The notes beneath the pieces are model-generated. The model did no database searches. It worked only from the letters and a program-made list of their open reading frames with translations, and was not told where the DNA came from. A DNA stretch of 27,207 nt from contig JAPEUD010000092.1 of NCBI GenBank assembly GCA_026026165.1, positions 62,001 through 89,207 on the forward strand. The letters run 5' to 3'. The stretch is from Sarea resinae (lineage: Eukaryota). A program made the translations under genes and the position numbers. Shown piece by piece: positions 14,006 through 24,423 of the stretch. Positions within the stretch are counted from its first letter, which is position 1; every line of letters begins with the position of its first letter.

Positions 14006-14558
14006 CCTATACGGCTCTATAGCTCAGCTTTTACAAAACTTTCGGTCGGAAAATAATTACTATTTCAATAGAATGCGGCAGAACGCAAGAGTGCTCAAAG
14101 TGGATTGTAAGTGCAATCCCTGTTCTGCTGCCGATTCAAAAGGTTGCTTGCAAGGGCTGCCTTTGCTCAGGCTCAAGTCACTGCACCTTGGGCTGTCGCG
14201 GGCATAAAGGAGCGGGACCATATACGTCATCTCGTATCTCCACTCGTACACAACCCCCTCGAAACCGTCTCATCCAACAACAACAACAACAACTACAAAT
14301 TCTTGTGTAGATTATTGTTAAAGAATTCGCACATCGATGAGTACATTTCGAAACGGTAATTCCTTCGCCTGATAGACGTCCACCTGATAATGAATCTGTC
14401 TTCGAAGTTCTCCGAGCATATATAACGCAAGTCCTGCCGGCAGTAGTGTCACTGCCGAATTAATGCTCATTGAAGATTGAGGGCATCGGAAGTCTAGACT
14501 CAACCCAAAATCCCGTCCTCTTCAACACGAACTACACCGCCATTCTCACATCCTAACC

Positions 14559-15410
14559 ATGTCGGCTTCTAACACGGCGGCCATCGCCGACATCTACAAC
14601 GCCCGCGCCGCCGACTATGACGCCGGCAGCAACTACAACCATGTCCGCCAGACCAAATACTACCTCTCACACCTGACCCCATATCTCCACCCGGGCGCGA
14701 CGCTGCTCGACCTCGCCTGCGGCACGGGCCTGCTAGCCCTGCCCGCCAAATCCCTCGTCGGCGCATCCGGCCGCGTCGTCGGCGTGGACGTGAGTAGCGG
14801 GATGCTCGACGTCGCGCGGCAAAAGAGCCGCGAGCAGCGCGTGGACGTGGAGTGGTACGAACACGACATCTCGGATCTCGGGGCGCTGGACCTCGGATCG
14901 ACCCGCGGTCGCGGCTTCGACATCATCGCCTGCGCCGCCGCTCTCGTCCTCCTGCCGTCGCCCTCGGCCGCAGTGCGGAACTGGACGCGCGTGCTCAAGC
15001 CCGGCGGCCGCGTCATGACGGACGTGCACGTGCCGGATTCAAATATCGCCATGGCCGTGCTGTCAGCCATCGGCCCCGAGGTGGGCCAGTCGTTGAAGTG
15101 GGATGCGACGCAATTCCGCTCCCAGGCGTCGCTTTGTCAAGTGTTTGAAGAGGCCGGATTGGAGGTCGAGCGGGCGTGGGAGAGTGAGGTGTTTGGATCG
15201 AGGGAGGTCGATGTGGCGGATGGTGAGAGCATGTTCGAGCAGGCGGTGCAGAGTCCGATGTTTGCCGAGTTTGGGAAGGAAGGGGTCCGGGACAGAGCCC
15301 GGATGGCGTTTGTTCACCGGTTGAAGGAGTTGGGTGGCGCTGACGGAAAGGTGAGGGAGGACACGAGGTCTTGGATGTGCATTTGCAGGAAGCCCAGCTC
15401 AGCGAATTGA
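14559..15410 (+). CDS. Class I SAM-dependent methyltransferase (UbiE/Methyltransf_25/31-like), intronless
   Basis: 283-aa ORF: YNARAADYD, motif I LLDLACGTG, GRVVGVDVSSGMLDVAR, FDIIAC, VLKPGGR; GC-rich coding bias. Confidence 0.92.
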   Translation: MSASNTAAIADIYNARAADYDAGSNYNHVRQTKYYLSHLTPYLHPGATLLDLACGTGLLALPAKSLVGASGRVVGVDVSSGMLDVARQKSREQRVDVEWYEHDISDLGALDLGSTRGRGFDIIACAAALVLLPSPSAAVRNWTRVLKPGGRVMTDVHVPDSNIAMAVLSAIGPEVGQSLKWDATQFRSQASLCQVFEEAGLEVERAWESEVFGSREVDVADGESMFEQAVQSPMFAEFGKEGVRDRARMAFVHRLKELGGADGKVREDTRSWMCICRKPSSAN

Positions 15411-15684
15411 TGATCGATGGTAAGGCTGTCATAAGGCACGAAAGCGACGATGCGAGGCTTGAACGCGGGAAACCGATATTGATGTAATATATTTGGGACA
15501 ATGACACTGCTAATATGGCTGATCGATGATGAGTTGGTGGGCCGACCGTCGGAGCTCTTTAGATTTGCGGAAATTGGGGCTATCAAGGGAATTAGGGGAA
15601 TGCATCACAGACAAGGCGTGCCGGATTGATGATTCGGGATAATCTACTCTATTAGATTCACCTTTACTTTCACTTTCGTTTCTA

Positions 15685-16035
15685 TTATAGGTACAAATAA
15701 CATCTACTTAGTTTAGACTAGCTTTTATATAGAATTAATTATTAAGTGCTTTTCTATATCTAATACTATACTATTATATGTATAAGATAAAAAATATTTA
15801 AATATAGCGCTCTAGATTTATATCTACTCCTATTATAAGCCACTATAGTACGATCTTTCATCAACTATTATAAAGTAGTAAGTAAAGTAAGATACTCTCA
15901 TTTATTTTTGTTCTAATACCGCGACTTCAGGACGTCACTTTCAGTACTTTTGGTACCTCCGCGGCCATTCTTCTCCCCGGGCGCGACAACACCTCCGTAA
16001 GGGGGCCTCCAGAGAATATGCGGTAGATAGAGTGC
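15685..16035. repeat. Dispersed repeat copy B (direct repeat of copy A)
   Basis: Core 15919-16025 CCGCGACTTCAGGACGTCACTTT...GGTACCTCCGCGGCC...GGCGCGACAACACCTCCGTAAGGGGGCCTCC, preceded by ~250 bp of TpA-rich RIP-like sequence homologous to copy A. Confidence 0.85.
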
Positions 16036-16271
16036 AATAATGCGGCCGCAATTGGGCTGGATGTGGTCGGAATGGAAAGGAAATGAAGCTGGACCAGCAA
16101 GGTTCCCATCTTAGATGAAACGGGGCCGAGAGCAACAGCAAATACCCTCATCACATCAGGAATGCATATAGAGATTACATGCCGCAGCCAACATGGTTAT
16201 ATCATGTTCGATTACCTGGCTGTTCTGGATCTCCTGTCGCGTGGCCGTCTTCGCATCCCGATCTCGTCGAC

Positions 16272-18261
16272 ATGAGTGCTGTTTTCTTTCGAAACCTTCT
16301 TTCGCTTTGGGTCATTTTGCTGTTCCTGCGAGATACGACCGCCATCACCAAAGTCGTTCATCTCCCACTCAAACATCGACAAAAGCTCGACACGAGCGGA
16401 GACCCTTTCACCGTTGGTATGATCGATGATTCTTTGCGCATGGAGAGCAGCCGGTTGCAGCTGCTCCTTCGATCGGCAGGGCTAATCCCAGTCTCGAAAC
16501 AGCCATCGAGGATAAGTCGTATGCCTTTGAATACTTTGCGTCGATTTCTGTCGGGACTCCACCGCAGGATCTAGATTTGATCGTGGATTCGGGGAGCAGT
16601 GACGTCTGGATGTTTGATCCACGCACCTTTCATAATGGTTTCTACGGAGGATCATGTCAGCCTACACTCTTCCTTGTCTGTTGGCTTGGCGCTGACCTAG
16701 GACTCTGCATGGTAGATCAAGTATCTGCATCGTCGACCGGCGCGCAAAGGGTCGATTTAGGTCCATTCCATGCCCAATACGCCAATGAAGGCTCAATAGT
16801 CCGCGGCTACTGGGTCACGGATGTCTTCAGACTTGGCGGGGCTGCTATCCAGGATCTGGTTATGGGCGTAGCGACCCTTGCTATTTCCCAACCGCAAGGC
16901 ATCTTGGGCCTCGGCCTGGATACTCTGTCAACAATTACGATGGATGAGGACAAATCATCGACCAATATCCTCGATATGCTAGTGAGTCAGGGAATCTTGA
17001 ATCGAAGGGCGTATAGTTTGTTTCTGGACAGTCTTGGTGAGCCTGGGTTTGATATTGTCTGATTCGCTTTCGCTAATACCTCTCAGGCTCTTCCTCAAGC
17101 AATCTATTGTTTGGGGGCTACGATACAGGCAAATTCTCAGGCGATCTTGTCTTGCTTCCTCTACAAATCGATGCCGGCCGACAACAAGTTCGCAGTTTTC
17201 TCATCCGCTGGACTTCGCTCTACATCACCAGCTCCTCGGGGTCTCAGCGAGTATCTGGCGCTGGTTTGGGTCTCCCTTATCCAGCCTTGCTTGATTCGGG
17301 GACAACATTCTCATACATCCCCACTCCTCTCTTTGACGCTCTGAAGCCTCGATTCAATCCCGATTCTAACAGCCACGTCTCCTGCGACTTACGACAGCAA
17401 GACGAATCGCTCGACTTTGGCTTCGGTGGCTGCGGAGGGCCCCTCATTTCCGTTCCCTACTCCCAGCTCATCGTACCCTCCTACGACTCATCTGGCAATC
17501 AGAGGGTAGACAAGCGCACCGGAGAACCCATCTGCCTACTGGGGGTCCGCGACGGAGGCGACCGGAAACACTCCACCTTGGGTCAGACCTTCCTCCGCTC
17601 TGCGTACGTCTTATACGACCTCGACGGTCTGGCCGCTGGTATCGCGCAGGCTACAAATGGTGGCTCGGGCGGCAACGTCACCGAGTATCGTGGTGCTGAC
17701 GCCCCCGGCGGCAATTTCAGGATCAGATCGCTCTTGTCCGGCGATCATTCGTGCACGAACTCTTCGTCAACAAATTCTTCATCTACGAACTCTTCGCAGC
17801 CGGCGACGGGTTCTGGTGGGCCTATCAGCATACCTAACCCGCCTTGGGCCGACAACGTTACAAAACCTCGGCCTGGTGTTGTTGTTTTTCCACCGCTCAA
17901 TCCGCAGGCTCTCAACCCGCAGCCGGCGGCGGGTTCTAGTGTTCCTGTCAGTGTCCCTAGCCCGCCTGGGGGCGTCAGCTTCACAAGCCATCTGCCTGGC
18001 GTTGTCATTCCACCGCTTCAACCGCAGCCTCTCAACCCGCAGCCGGCGGCGAGTTCTAGTAGTATTGTCAGCATCCCCAACCCGCTTAGGGGCATCAACG
18101 TTACAAAATCTATGTCGATAATCTCTTTATCTATAAACTCTTCGCAGCTAGCGGTGGGTTCTGGTGGTCCCGTCAGCATCCCTAATCCGTCTGGGGGCGT
18201 CAACGTTACAAACCCTCCGCCTAGTGTTTTCCACCGCTCACACCGCCGCCAGTACTCTTAA
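16272..18261 (+). CDS. Secreted pepsin-family (A1, yapsin/SAP-like) aspartic protease with Pro/Ser-rich repeated tail; 3' end appears frameshifted
   Basis: Signal peptide from ATG 16272; YFASISVGTPPQDLDLIVDSGSSDVW; GILGLG; AYSLFL; LLFGGYD; ALLDSGTT; LGQTFLRSAYVLYD. Introns 16656-16715 and 17037-17086 join in frame. First intron (donor 16417) is in phase only with a weak acceptor at 16460, so the gene may be damaged. Confidence 0.8.
17795..18240 (+). repeat. Four coding tandem units (~105-123 nt) in the protease tail
   Basis: Units start CGCAGCYRGCG at 17795, 17918, 18038, 18143, encoding QPAxGSxxPxSIPNPxxGxNVT... Confidence 0.85.
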
Positions 18262-19993
18262 GTACTTGTAACGATAATAACAATTATGACAACACCTTTA
18301 ACTTCAATAAGAACCCTAAGATTTAGATTCTATCCCTTATCGAGACAGTTGATCGCTGTGCTTTCGATAGAGTACTTCAATGGATTGTTGTTGACAAGAC
18401 GAAAACACCATACATGTATCTCCCCATCGCTGTCACTGTGATTGCGTTCTTCATCTTCATCTTCACCTCCTTCACCAACCGCCTGCGCAGCGTGTGCATG
18501 TCGACTGTTGATTTTGATAATCGTGCCTATCGTCGACCTCTCTCTCAATCGACATGTCTTAACCCCTAGGCACCGACCAGTAGACGACGTCATCAGACAC
18601 CCTTTGTTCCATTGCAGAAATCGCTGAGCAGCGCAAGAGGAGACGGAAAACGTCCTGTCCGTAACAGATCTGACCGCAGAAGATGGCCCTTCGCATCACC
18701 TTTTTCCCTCTATCGGCAGTGCCTGAACATGGCTTCTCGAAATTCTCGAGAAAAAGTCGCTATACTACTGTCGTCAAACGCCAATTTTCTCAATCTATCC
18801 ATTCTACAAATATCTTTACCACGACCTTAGCTAGAATCCTTTGGTATAGTATATCTGTATTGCTTAGACAGGCTCCAAACGGCGTACAGAAAGAGGAGCT
18901 GTGTTAGAATCTAGAGAGCAAGACCAGCTTCTTACACTAAGCCCTGCAATGCCTAATACACGTAGATCATTTGTGTTCTCAGCGAAGGAACACCGCTTGT
19001 AAGGATTCCAACGTAGAATTTCTTAGTCATTAAGTCTAGGATAAGAAGTCGAAAAGAATATTGAGTTCATCGAAAGGGGTGGTTGTAAGGTGCTAAAGCT
19101 AACATCATAGACTGGGTTCCGCCTATAGAGAGTCGCTCGCTGTGTTGGAGTGGCTGTCGTTCCCGGCGATCTGAGGGGTAGACCCTGCGTAGCAGGCAAG
19201 TGATAGTGTTAACATTCCAACAAAAGTTTCGGCAAAGATCGCATTGTCTCACTTGACCTATTGAGGGAAGTGGTGGTCGAGTAGTCGGATTGGATCGTCG
19301 TGTGGGGCAGCTGGAGGTCCGACGCTCGTAAAGCGGGCGAATAGTAGTAGACATGAGGAAGTGAACAGGCATTATAAGCCAACACCGCCAAGACTCTCAA
19401 TACCAACAACCCCATCGACGGCGCCTCACGCAGTCAAGATATCAAAGACAATTCGGGATGGCAGGTTAGACTCTTTCGGCCCGTTTGACCGCAGAATGTA
19501 CGACATCGCAATCGTCGCAAGGGGACGAGCGAGGCGACCAGATCATGCTATACAAAATCCTATTTGTTGACCAGGACCACCGACTTAGGCACTATTGTTG
19601 GCTGGCGTGCGTGCGATGGCGATTGTAGAACACGAACAATAGATCATGTTCTCGACTCGATACCAACATATATGGGGCCGGCTACTGCTAGATGCTGGAT
19701 GCTAAGGTGCTGTCAAGGGGATCTCACTTCGAATACGAAAGCGACGCTGACTGACAGGTAAGGTGGATTCACTGATCAACAGAAGATAGAAGGTCAGCTA
19801 AAACGCGTGCTGCAGATCGCAGGCATCGTATTGTCTCGCCCCACAAAGTGTTAAAGTCAAATGTTGACGACAGACGTCTTTCGGCATATCAGTCTGGCAG
19901 TTTGAGCTGCTTGTCAATGTTGCATCCAGTCTGTCGTTGAGATCCCGAGCAAACATGCAAAAGAAGCCTGTGTCTTATTTCTCTACATCTCGG

Positions 19994-20000
19994 TATAAAA
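19994..20000 (+). promoter_or_regulatory. Candidate TATA box for the secreted protein gene
   Basis: TATAAAA ~160 bp upstream of ATG 20155, followed by a pyrimidine-rich leader. Confidence 0.4.
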
Positions 20001-20154
20001 CGAAGAGCTTCTCTCGGTGAAGGGCAAAAGACCGAGGTCAATCGATTCGTCTGGGGCATCTTGTGGCATCTTCATCTCCATCTAGCACTCGTCTCTACCT
20101 TCAGGGCAATTTCCCGATAGCACACCTGGTTAGCTCTGGCCAAACACGTCAAAG

Positions 20155-21048
20155 ATGCAACACATTCACCTCCCCGCGTTCCTCGCTGCGCTCCTTTCAC
20201 TTACGGTAGTGATAGGAGCCGTTGCGATTCCGGTGCCCGAGTCCTCTGTTAGCCTTCGATCTACAGGAGCCGTGGCGGAGCATTTTGATCAGGGAGAACT
20301 GGTCAAACGAGTGTCGCTGGCTCTTGTCGCGAAAGCACTGGGGACATTGGGAGCCATCACCTACACGGCTTGCCAGGCTCCGATTGTGCCACAAGTACAG
20401 GCCACCATATGCGCTGTGGCGGTTGTTGCCAGCCTCGTCGGCGCGTTGGCGACACTCTACCGTGGGCTGAACAACCGCGACGAATACGCCCCGACACCGT
20501 ACTGGTCCAACGCCACAGGTGTTCCGATCATTCACTACTATCCCGGCCATGTCGGTGGCGCGTCTGTACTGTCACAACTCAAACAAAAATACGCCGGCAC
20601 CCCATTACTCGTTTCGCACCACGACTGCTACACCACGAGCTGCTTCCAGGTTCACTACTCGAACAAAAACCACACTGATGGTGGCCTCATCCACAAGCTC
20701 AGTGTCAGTCCTCGCCGGTTGAGCACGTCGAAGCGGCAATCGGATGAGAATGAGTCCGGCTCGGCCAGCAGCGACGGCAGTGAAGTGTATGGCGACTACG
20801 TGTTTACAAACACCAATGAGGCTGACGAGCATGCCTTTGGCTATGACGGCGATTTCCCGACCAATCTTGAGACGCAGGTTGGCCAGAACAGCGACTTCAC
20901 CAATCAAGGTTACATCTGCTTTGATGTCGAGGATGCCGATGACAGTGACCGAATATCAAGCACTGGATATCTTGCTCTCAGCCAGGATGAGCAAATATCA
21001 GACCCTGACGACGAACAAAGCTACATGTCGACGTGCGCCACCGCCTGA
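20155..21048 (+). CDS. Secreted, Kex2-processed preproprotein with killer-preprotoxin-like layout
   Basis: 297-aa intronless ORF: signal peptide (~1-24), KR 51-52, hydrophobic Cys-containing segment 53-102, N-glycosylation sequons N119 and N172, RR 187-188 and KR 193-194, acidic 103-aa C-terminal segment with two Cys. The CDS is well supported; toxin function is inferred. Confidence 0.75.
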   Translation: MQHIHLPAFLAALLSLTVVIGAVAIPVPESSVSLRSTGAVAEHFDQGELVKRVSLALVAKALGTLGAITYTACQAPIVPQVQATICAVAVVASLVGALATLYRGLNNRDEYAPTPYWSNATGVPIIHYYPGHVGGASVLSQLKQKYAGTPLLVSHHDCYTTSCFQVHYSNKNHTDGGLIHKLSVSPRRLSTSKRQSDENESGSASSDGSEVYGDYVFTNTNEADEHAFGYDGDFPTNLETQVGQNSDFTNQGYICFDVEDADDSDRISSTGYLALSQDEQISDPDDEQSYMSTCATA

Positions 21049-21348
21049 ATGGAGAAGGGAGGGAATCTCTCACATTAGCTATGCTGTCATGTAAAGAGGT
21101 GAAGATGGCGAGGATCTAAACGTCTTTTCTTTGGTGCCGAGTAAGTGGTAGAGCAGCCAGATGGCACTCTTGCCTCAGGCGCTCTCTTCTAGAAGGCTTC
21201 TATCCTACAGGTTGATATACATGACTTCGAGCACTATACTCGCAATTTTCACAAGCCACTCCTTTAGATAGTCATGAATGATTTTGCTACGACTTTATTG
21301 AGACGAGATGCTAGTGACCCTCCGGTGAGCTCACAAAGGGCCCTGCAT

Positions 21349-21576
21349 CTATTCCAATGCTTCGAATAGATACGTCAGGACAAAGAGAAGACCCAAGGTA
21401 AACTTCGCGACAAAGAATCCCTTCCTCTCAAATTCAGGGTCATGGGTCCAGTAGATGAGAGCCAACAGGACCACGACCACATCCAAAATCACCCATTGCC
21501 AGATCGTATGCTTCCTCGATCGCGTCTGTTGGAGGCTTGCTGCTATATCTGCCGGTACCTTTTCGGACGGTGCCAT
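21349..21576 (-). CDS. Small two-transmembrane-helix protein, 75 aa
   Basis: ATG in strong ACCATGG context; two hydrophobic segments WQWVILDVVVVLLALIYW and GFFVAKFTLGLLFVLTYLF separated by a short charged loop. Confidence 0.5.
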   Translation of the reverse strand: MAPSEKVPADIAASLQQTRSRKHTIWQWVILDVVVVLLALIYWTHDPEFERKGFFVAKFTLGLLFVLTYLFEALE

Positions 21577-22084
21577 GGTACTGATATGAACCGGGCCGAG
21601 CTACAACAGTCTGGTAGGTGGTCTTGGCTGATGTATCCTATTTTTTGACGACGTGGAGGGTTTGATCGCCTTTGAATAGAGGGAATCTTCTGGTCATCAT
21701 CATCAGAAAAGCTATCTAGGTGTTAGTTTCGATTGAGATCTCACCGTTGTGGTGATCGGATGCCAGGTGTAGTAGCATATAGCAGTCTTGCGAGAGTCTT
21801 GCGAGCGCGGAGATGTGAAATATCTGAAAGATGTAGAAGGTTGTGGACGATATTTCACGTCGCTTTCCGACTGCTGCAAAACCCAGCAACTCTGGCTCCG
21901 CAACATTCCTAAAGGCAAAAGAAGGTGTGGCTTGAGATCAGTGTTGGCACTCTAGATCGCGGAGTAGACATGGGTTTCCTTGTCCAGTGTACATCGTAAA
22001 AGCAAGGCGAAGCACGCTTGCATCCGCATTAGCCCCTACTCTATAGTCACTCCTAGTTCTAACTTCTGCGTGCTGTAGGACGAA

Positions 22085-22275
22085 TACTATAGCTATAGAG
22101 CTATAGAGAGGACTATAGAACTACCTCCGGACGCCGGCATATGCAGGTGTTGTCGCGCCGCGGCCAAATTTGTATGGCGAGGTACATAAAGTGACGTACT
22201 AAAGTCGCGGCACCTGCATAAGGGGGTGCGAGGTACAACACTCTTATAAGGAATTCTGCTGCTTACTTGCTAACA
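22085..22275 (-). repeat. Dispersed repeat copy C (inverted, more divergent), at the inner border of the RIP block
   Basis: Reverse complement of 22141-22210 reads CCGCGACTTTAGTACGTCACTTTATGTACCTCG...GGCGCGACAACACCTGCAT, matching the copy B core. Confidence 0.8.
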
Positions 22276-23235
22276 ATTGCAGCTAGCTCTATTACTAGTA
22301 TAACAAGGATTATAGAGCTAATTGCAGCAATTCTACTATCTAGACTTATAGAATAGACTTTTACCTTATAAGAAGATAGATATATAAATAAAGATCTAGA
22401 TTTAGTTAATAATATAAATAGTCTTAATTCTTTAACTATCTTTAATACTAAATTCCTAATAATATAGATAGGAATTAATCGCCTATATTAAGATTAAGCG
22501 AATTTTAAATAATAAAGAGTAGATAGAAATTAGAGTAAGATTTACCTAAGAGTTATATATTCTATTAATAATTTAAAAAAGTAAAGGCTTTATATTAGAC
22601 TACTTTTTAAACTTCTAACTAGAGTAAAGTAGGTAGAATTAATATAATTAAATAAGCTAGTATATTATAGTATACTAGTATTACTCTAGTAATATAGAAC
22701 TAATATAATTAATATTACTAGTAAGTACTAACTTTATAATTACACTAAATACTAGCTCTAATAACTAGTGCCTTTATTAATCTATATAACTAATAACTTT
22801 ACTTAACTTACTTAAATATTGCTAGACTATACTAAGTAGTTACTCTACACTATACTAAGCTATATATAGCGCCTCTATTAATAGTAGCCTTTATAATTAC
22901 TTTCTCTTCTAAAGCCTAGTCTTTTAAGTTTTAGTCTTAGAGTTAGTCTTACTTTTAGCCTTAGCTTTAGAGTTAGCCTTAGCTTAATATATATAGAATA
23001 TAGATTAGAATTAGAAGTTTTTATAGTTAGTTAGGATTTTCTAACTATAATAACTCTATAACTATATATTATATAGAGATAATTTTATAATAAGTTCTAT
23101 TCTAATTTAATAACTCTAAAGATCTATTACATTATTATATAATTATTTGTTACATATAATAAGATACACTAGTATAAGTATAAAGAAGCTAATTCTATAA
23201 GTTTCTTAGAGTAGAAAGTAGCTATATATAGTTTC

Positions 23236-23329
23236 TCACTTATATTTCTTATTTTATTTCTTTTTAATCACTTATATTTCTTGTTTTATTTCTCTCTAGT
23301 CGCTTATATTTCTTATTATCTCTCTTTAA
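23236..23329. repeat. Three tandem 32-bp units (TCRCTTATATTTCTTRTT...)
   Basis: Units start at 23236, 23268, 23300. Confidence 0.85.
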
Positions 23330-23479
23330 ATCCTAAGTCTAATCTAAACTAATTCTTTTTAACTAAGATCTATATTTTTATAGCATTTAATACACTATAC
23401 CTAATTGTATTGCAGCTACTAATCCTACTAGGATTGATTAAAGAGATATACTAGGTACATACCTTAACTACCTAGCCTT

Positions 23480-24401
23480 TAATTAGCCTGCTCTGCTAGT
23501 AGAAAGTAGGATTAAGCAGAGTAGGATCAAGCAATTGCTAGCGCGTCGAAATCGCCTTAGACGCTGCTAGCTGCATCTCTAACCCTTAAGGAGCTGCCTT
23601 TCTATAGCACTTAATTAATTATCTCCTTTTGTTAATGCTGTTTAGGCTTGCTTAACTCTTTAGAGTTATGCTTAACCTTAGTTAAGGCTACCTTCTACTT
23701 GTACCTCTAACTGTATTACTACTAAGAGTAACTAAGTAAGTAAGCAAGCAGGCGCGCCCTAGGTAACCTCTAGTAGTAGCCCTAGGTAACACTCTTAGTA
23801 GCTATAGCTACTTTTTTTAAAATAGCAACTAAGCAACTAACTAACTAGGCGAGCGCGCTCTAGGTAACCTCTTATAGCACCTTAAGAGAAGCAAGCCTTA
23901 GTAGTATTCTAACTGCATAGCTAGTCGCTATCCTATCTAATGCAGCTGTTTAACAATTAAACTTCTAGATAGTCTAGTAGAAAAACCTCTCTCTAGGCTG
24001 CAGGCGCTTTACCTGCCCTACTTGCTAGCTATTTAGCTAGCTAGGCTAGCGAAATAATAAATAATCCTAAGCAAGTGTCTAGTGTTTGTTTATTAACTGC
24101 CTAGCGCGCGCGCGTCGCTTATTAGCTAGCCTAGCTAGCAGAAAGTGCAATTAAAGTAGTGTATAGGATTAAGCTAATGCAAAACTAGCAAGACATTGTA
24201 TCTAACGCTGCTAGCCTAATCTCTAACCTATAGGTAGCAGCCTTCCTATATACAACTAGATTTAATAATCTCCTACTACTGTTAGAGCTGTTCTAGCGTG
24301 CTTAACCTCTTAGAGTTATAAGGCCTTAGTTAGAGGCTACCTTTAACTTATACCTTCTACTAAATCTCTTTAGTTAGTAGCAGCAAGCACACACGCGCCC
24401 T
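23480..24401. repeat. Two diverged ~280-bp direct repeats (about 23480-23760 and 24118-24401) upstream of the TLH-like gene
   Basis: Shared collinear blocks: GCTAGYAGAAAGT, TAGGATTAAGC, ACGCTGCTAGC (23561/24205), ATCTCTAACC, TGCTTAAC..TTAGAGTTAT, CCTTAGTTA..GGCTACCTT, GCAAGCA..CGCGCCCT. Confidence 0.75.
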
Positions 24402-24423
24402 TTAACTATCTATTACTATTACT

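Noticed and set aside
6787..15410. UbiD plus UbiE-like methyltransferase as a ubiquinone pathway or bacterial transfer
   Set aside because: The UbiD has a spliceosomal intron and Fdc1-type motifs; the methyltransferase is generic, 6 kb away and separated by unrelated genes.
18330..19800. Several short ORFs and stop-interrupted frames between the protease and the toxin-like gene
   Set aside because: No recognisable motifs or consistent frame; a decayed gene is possible but cannot be supported.
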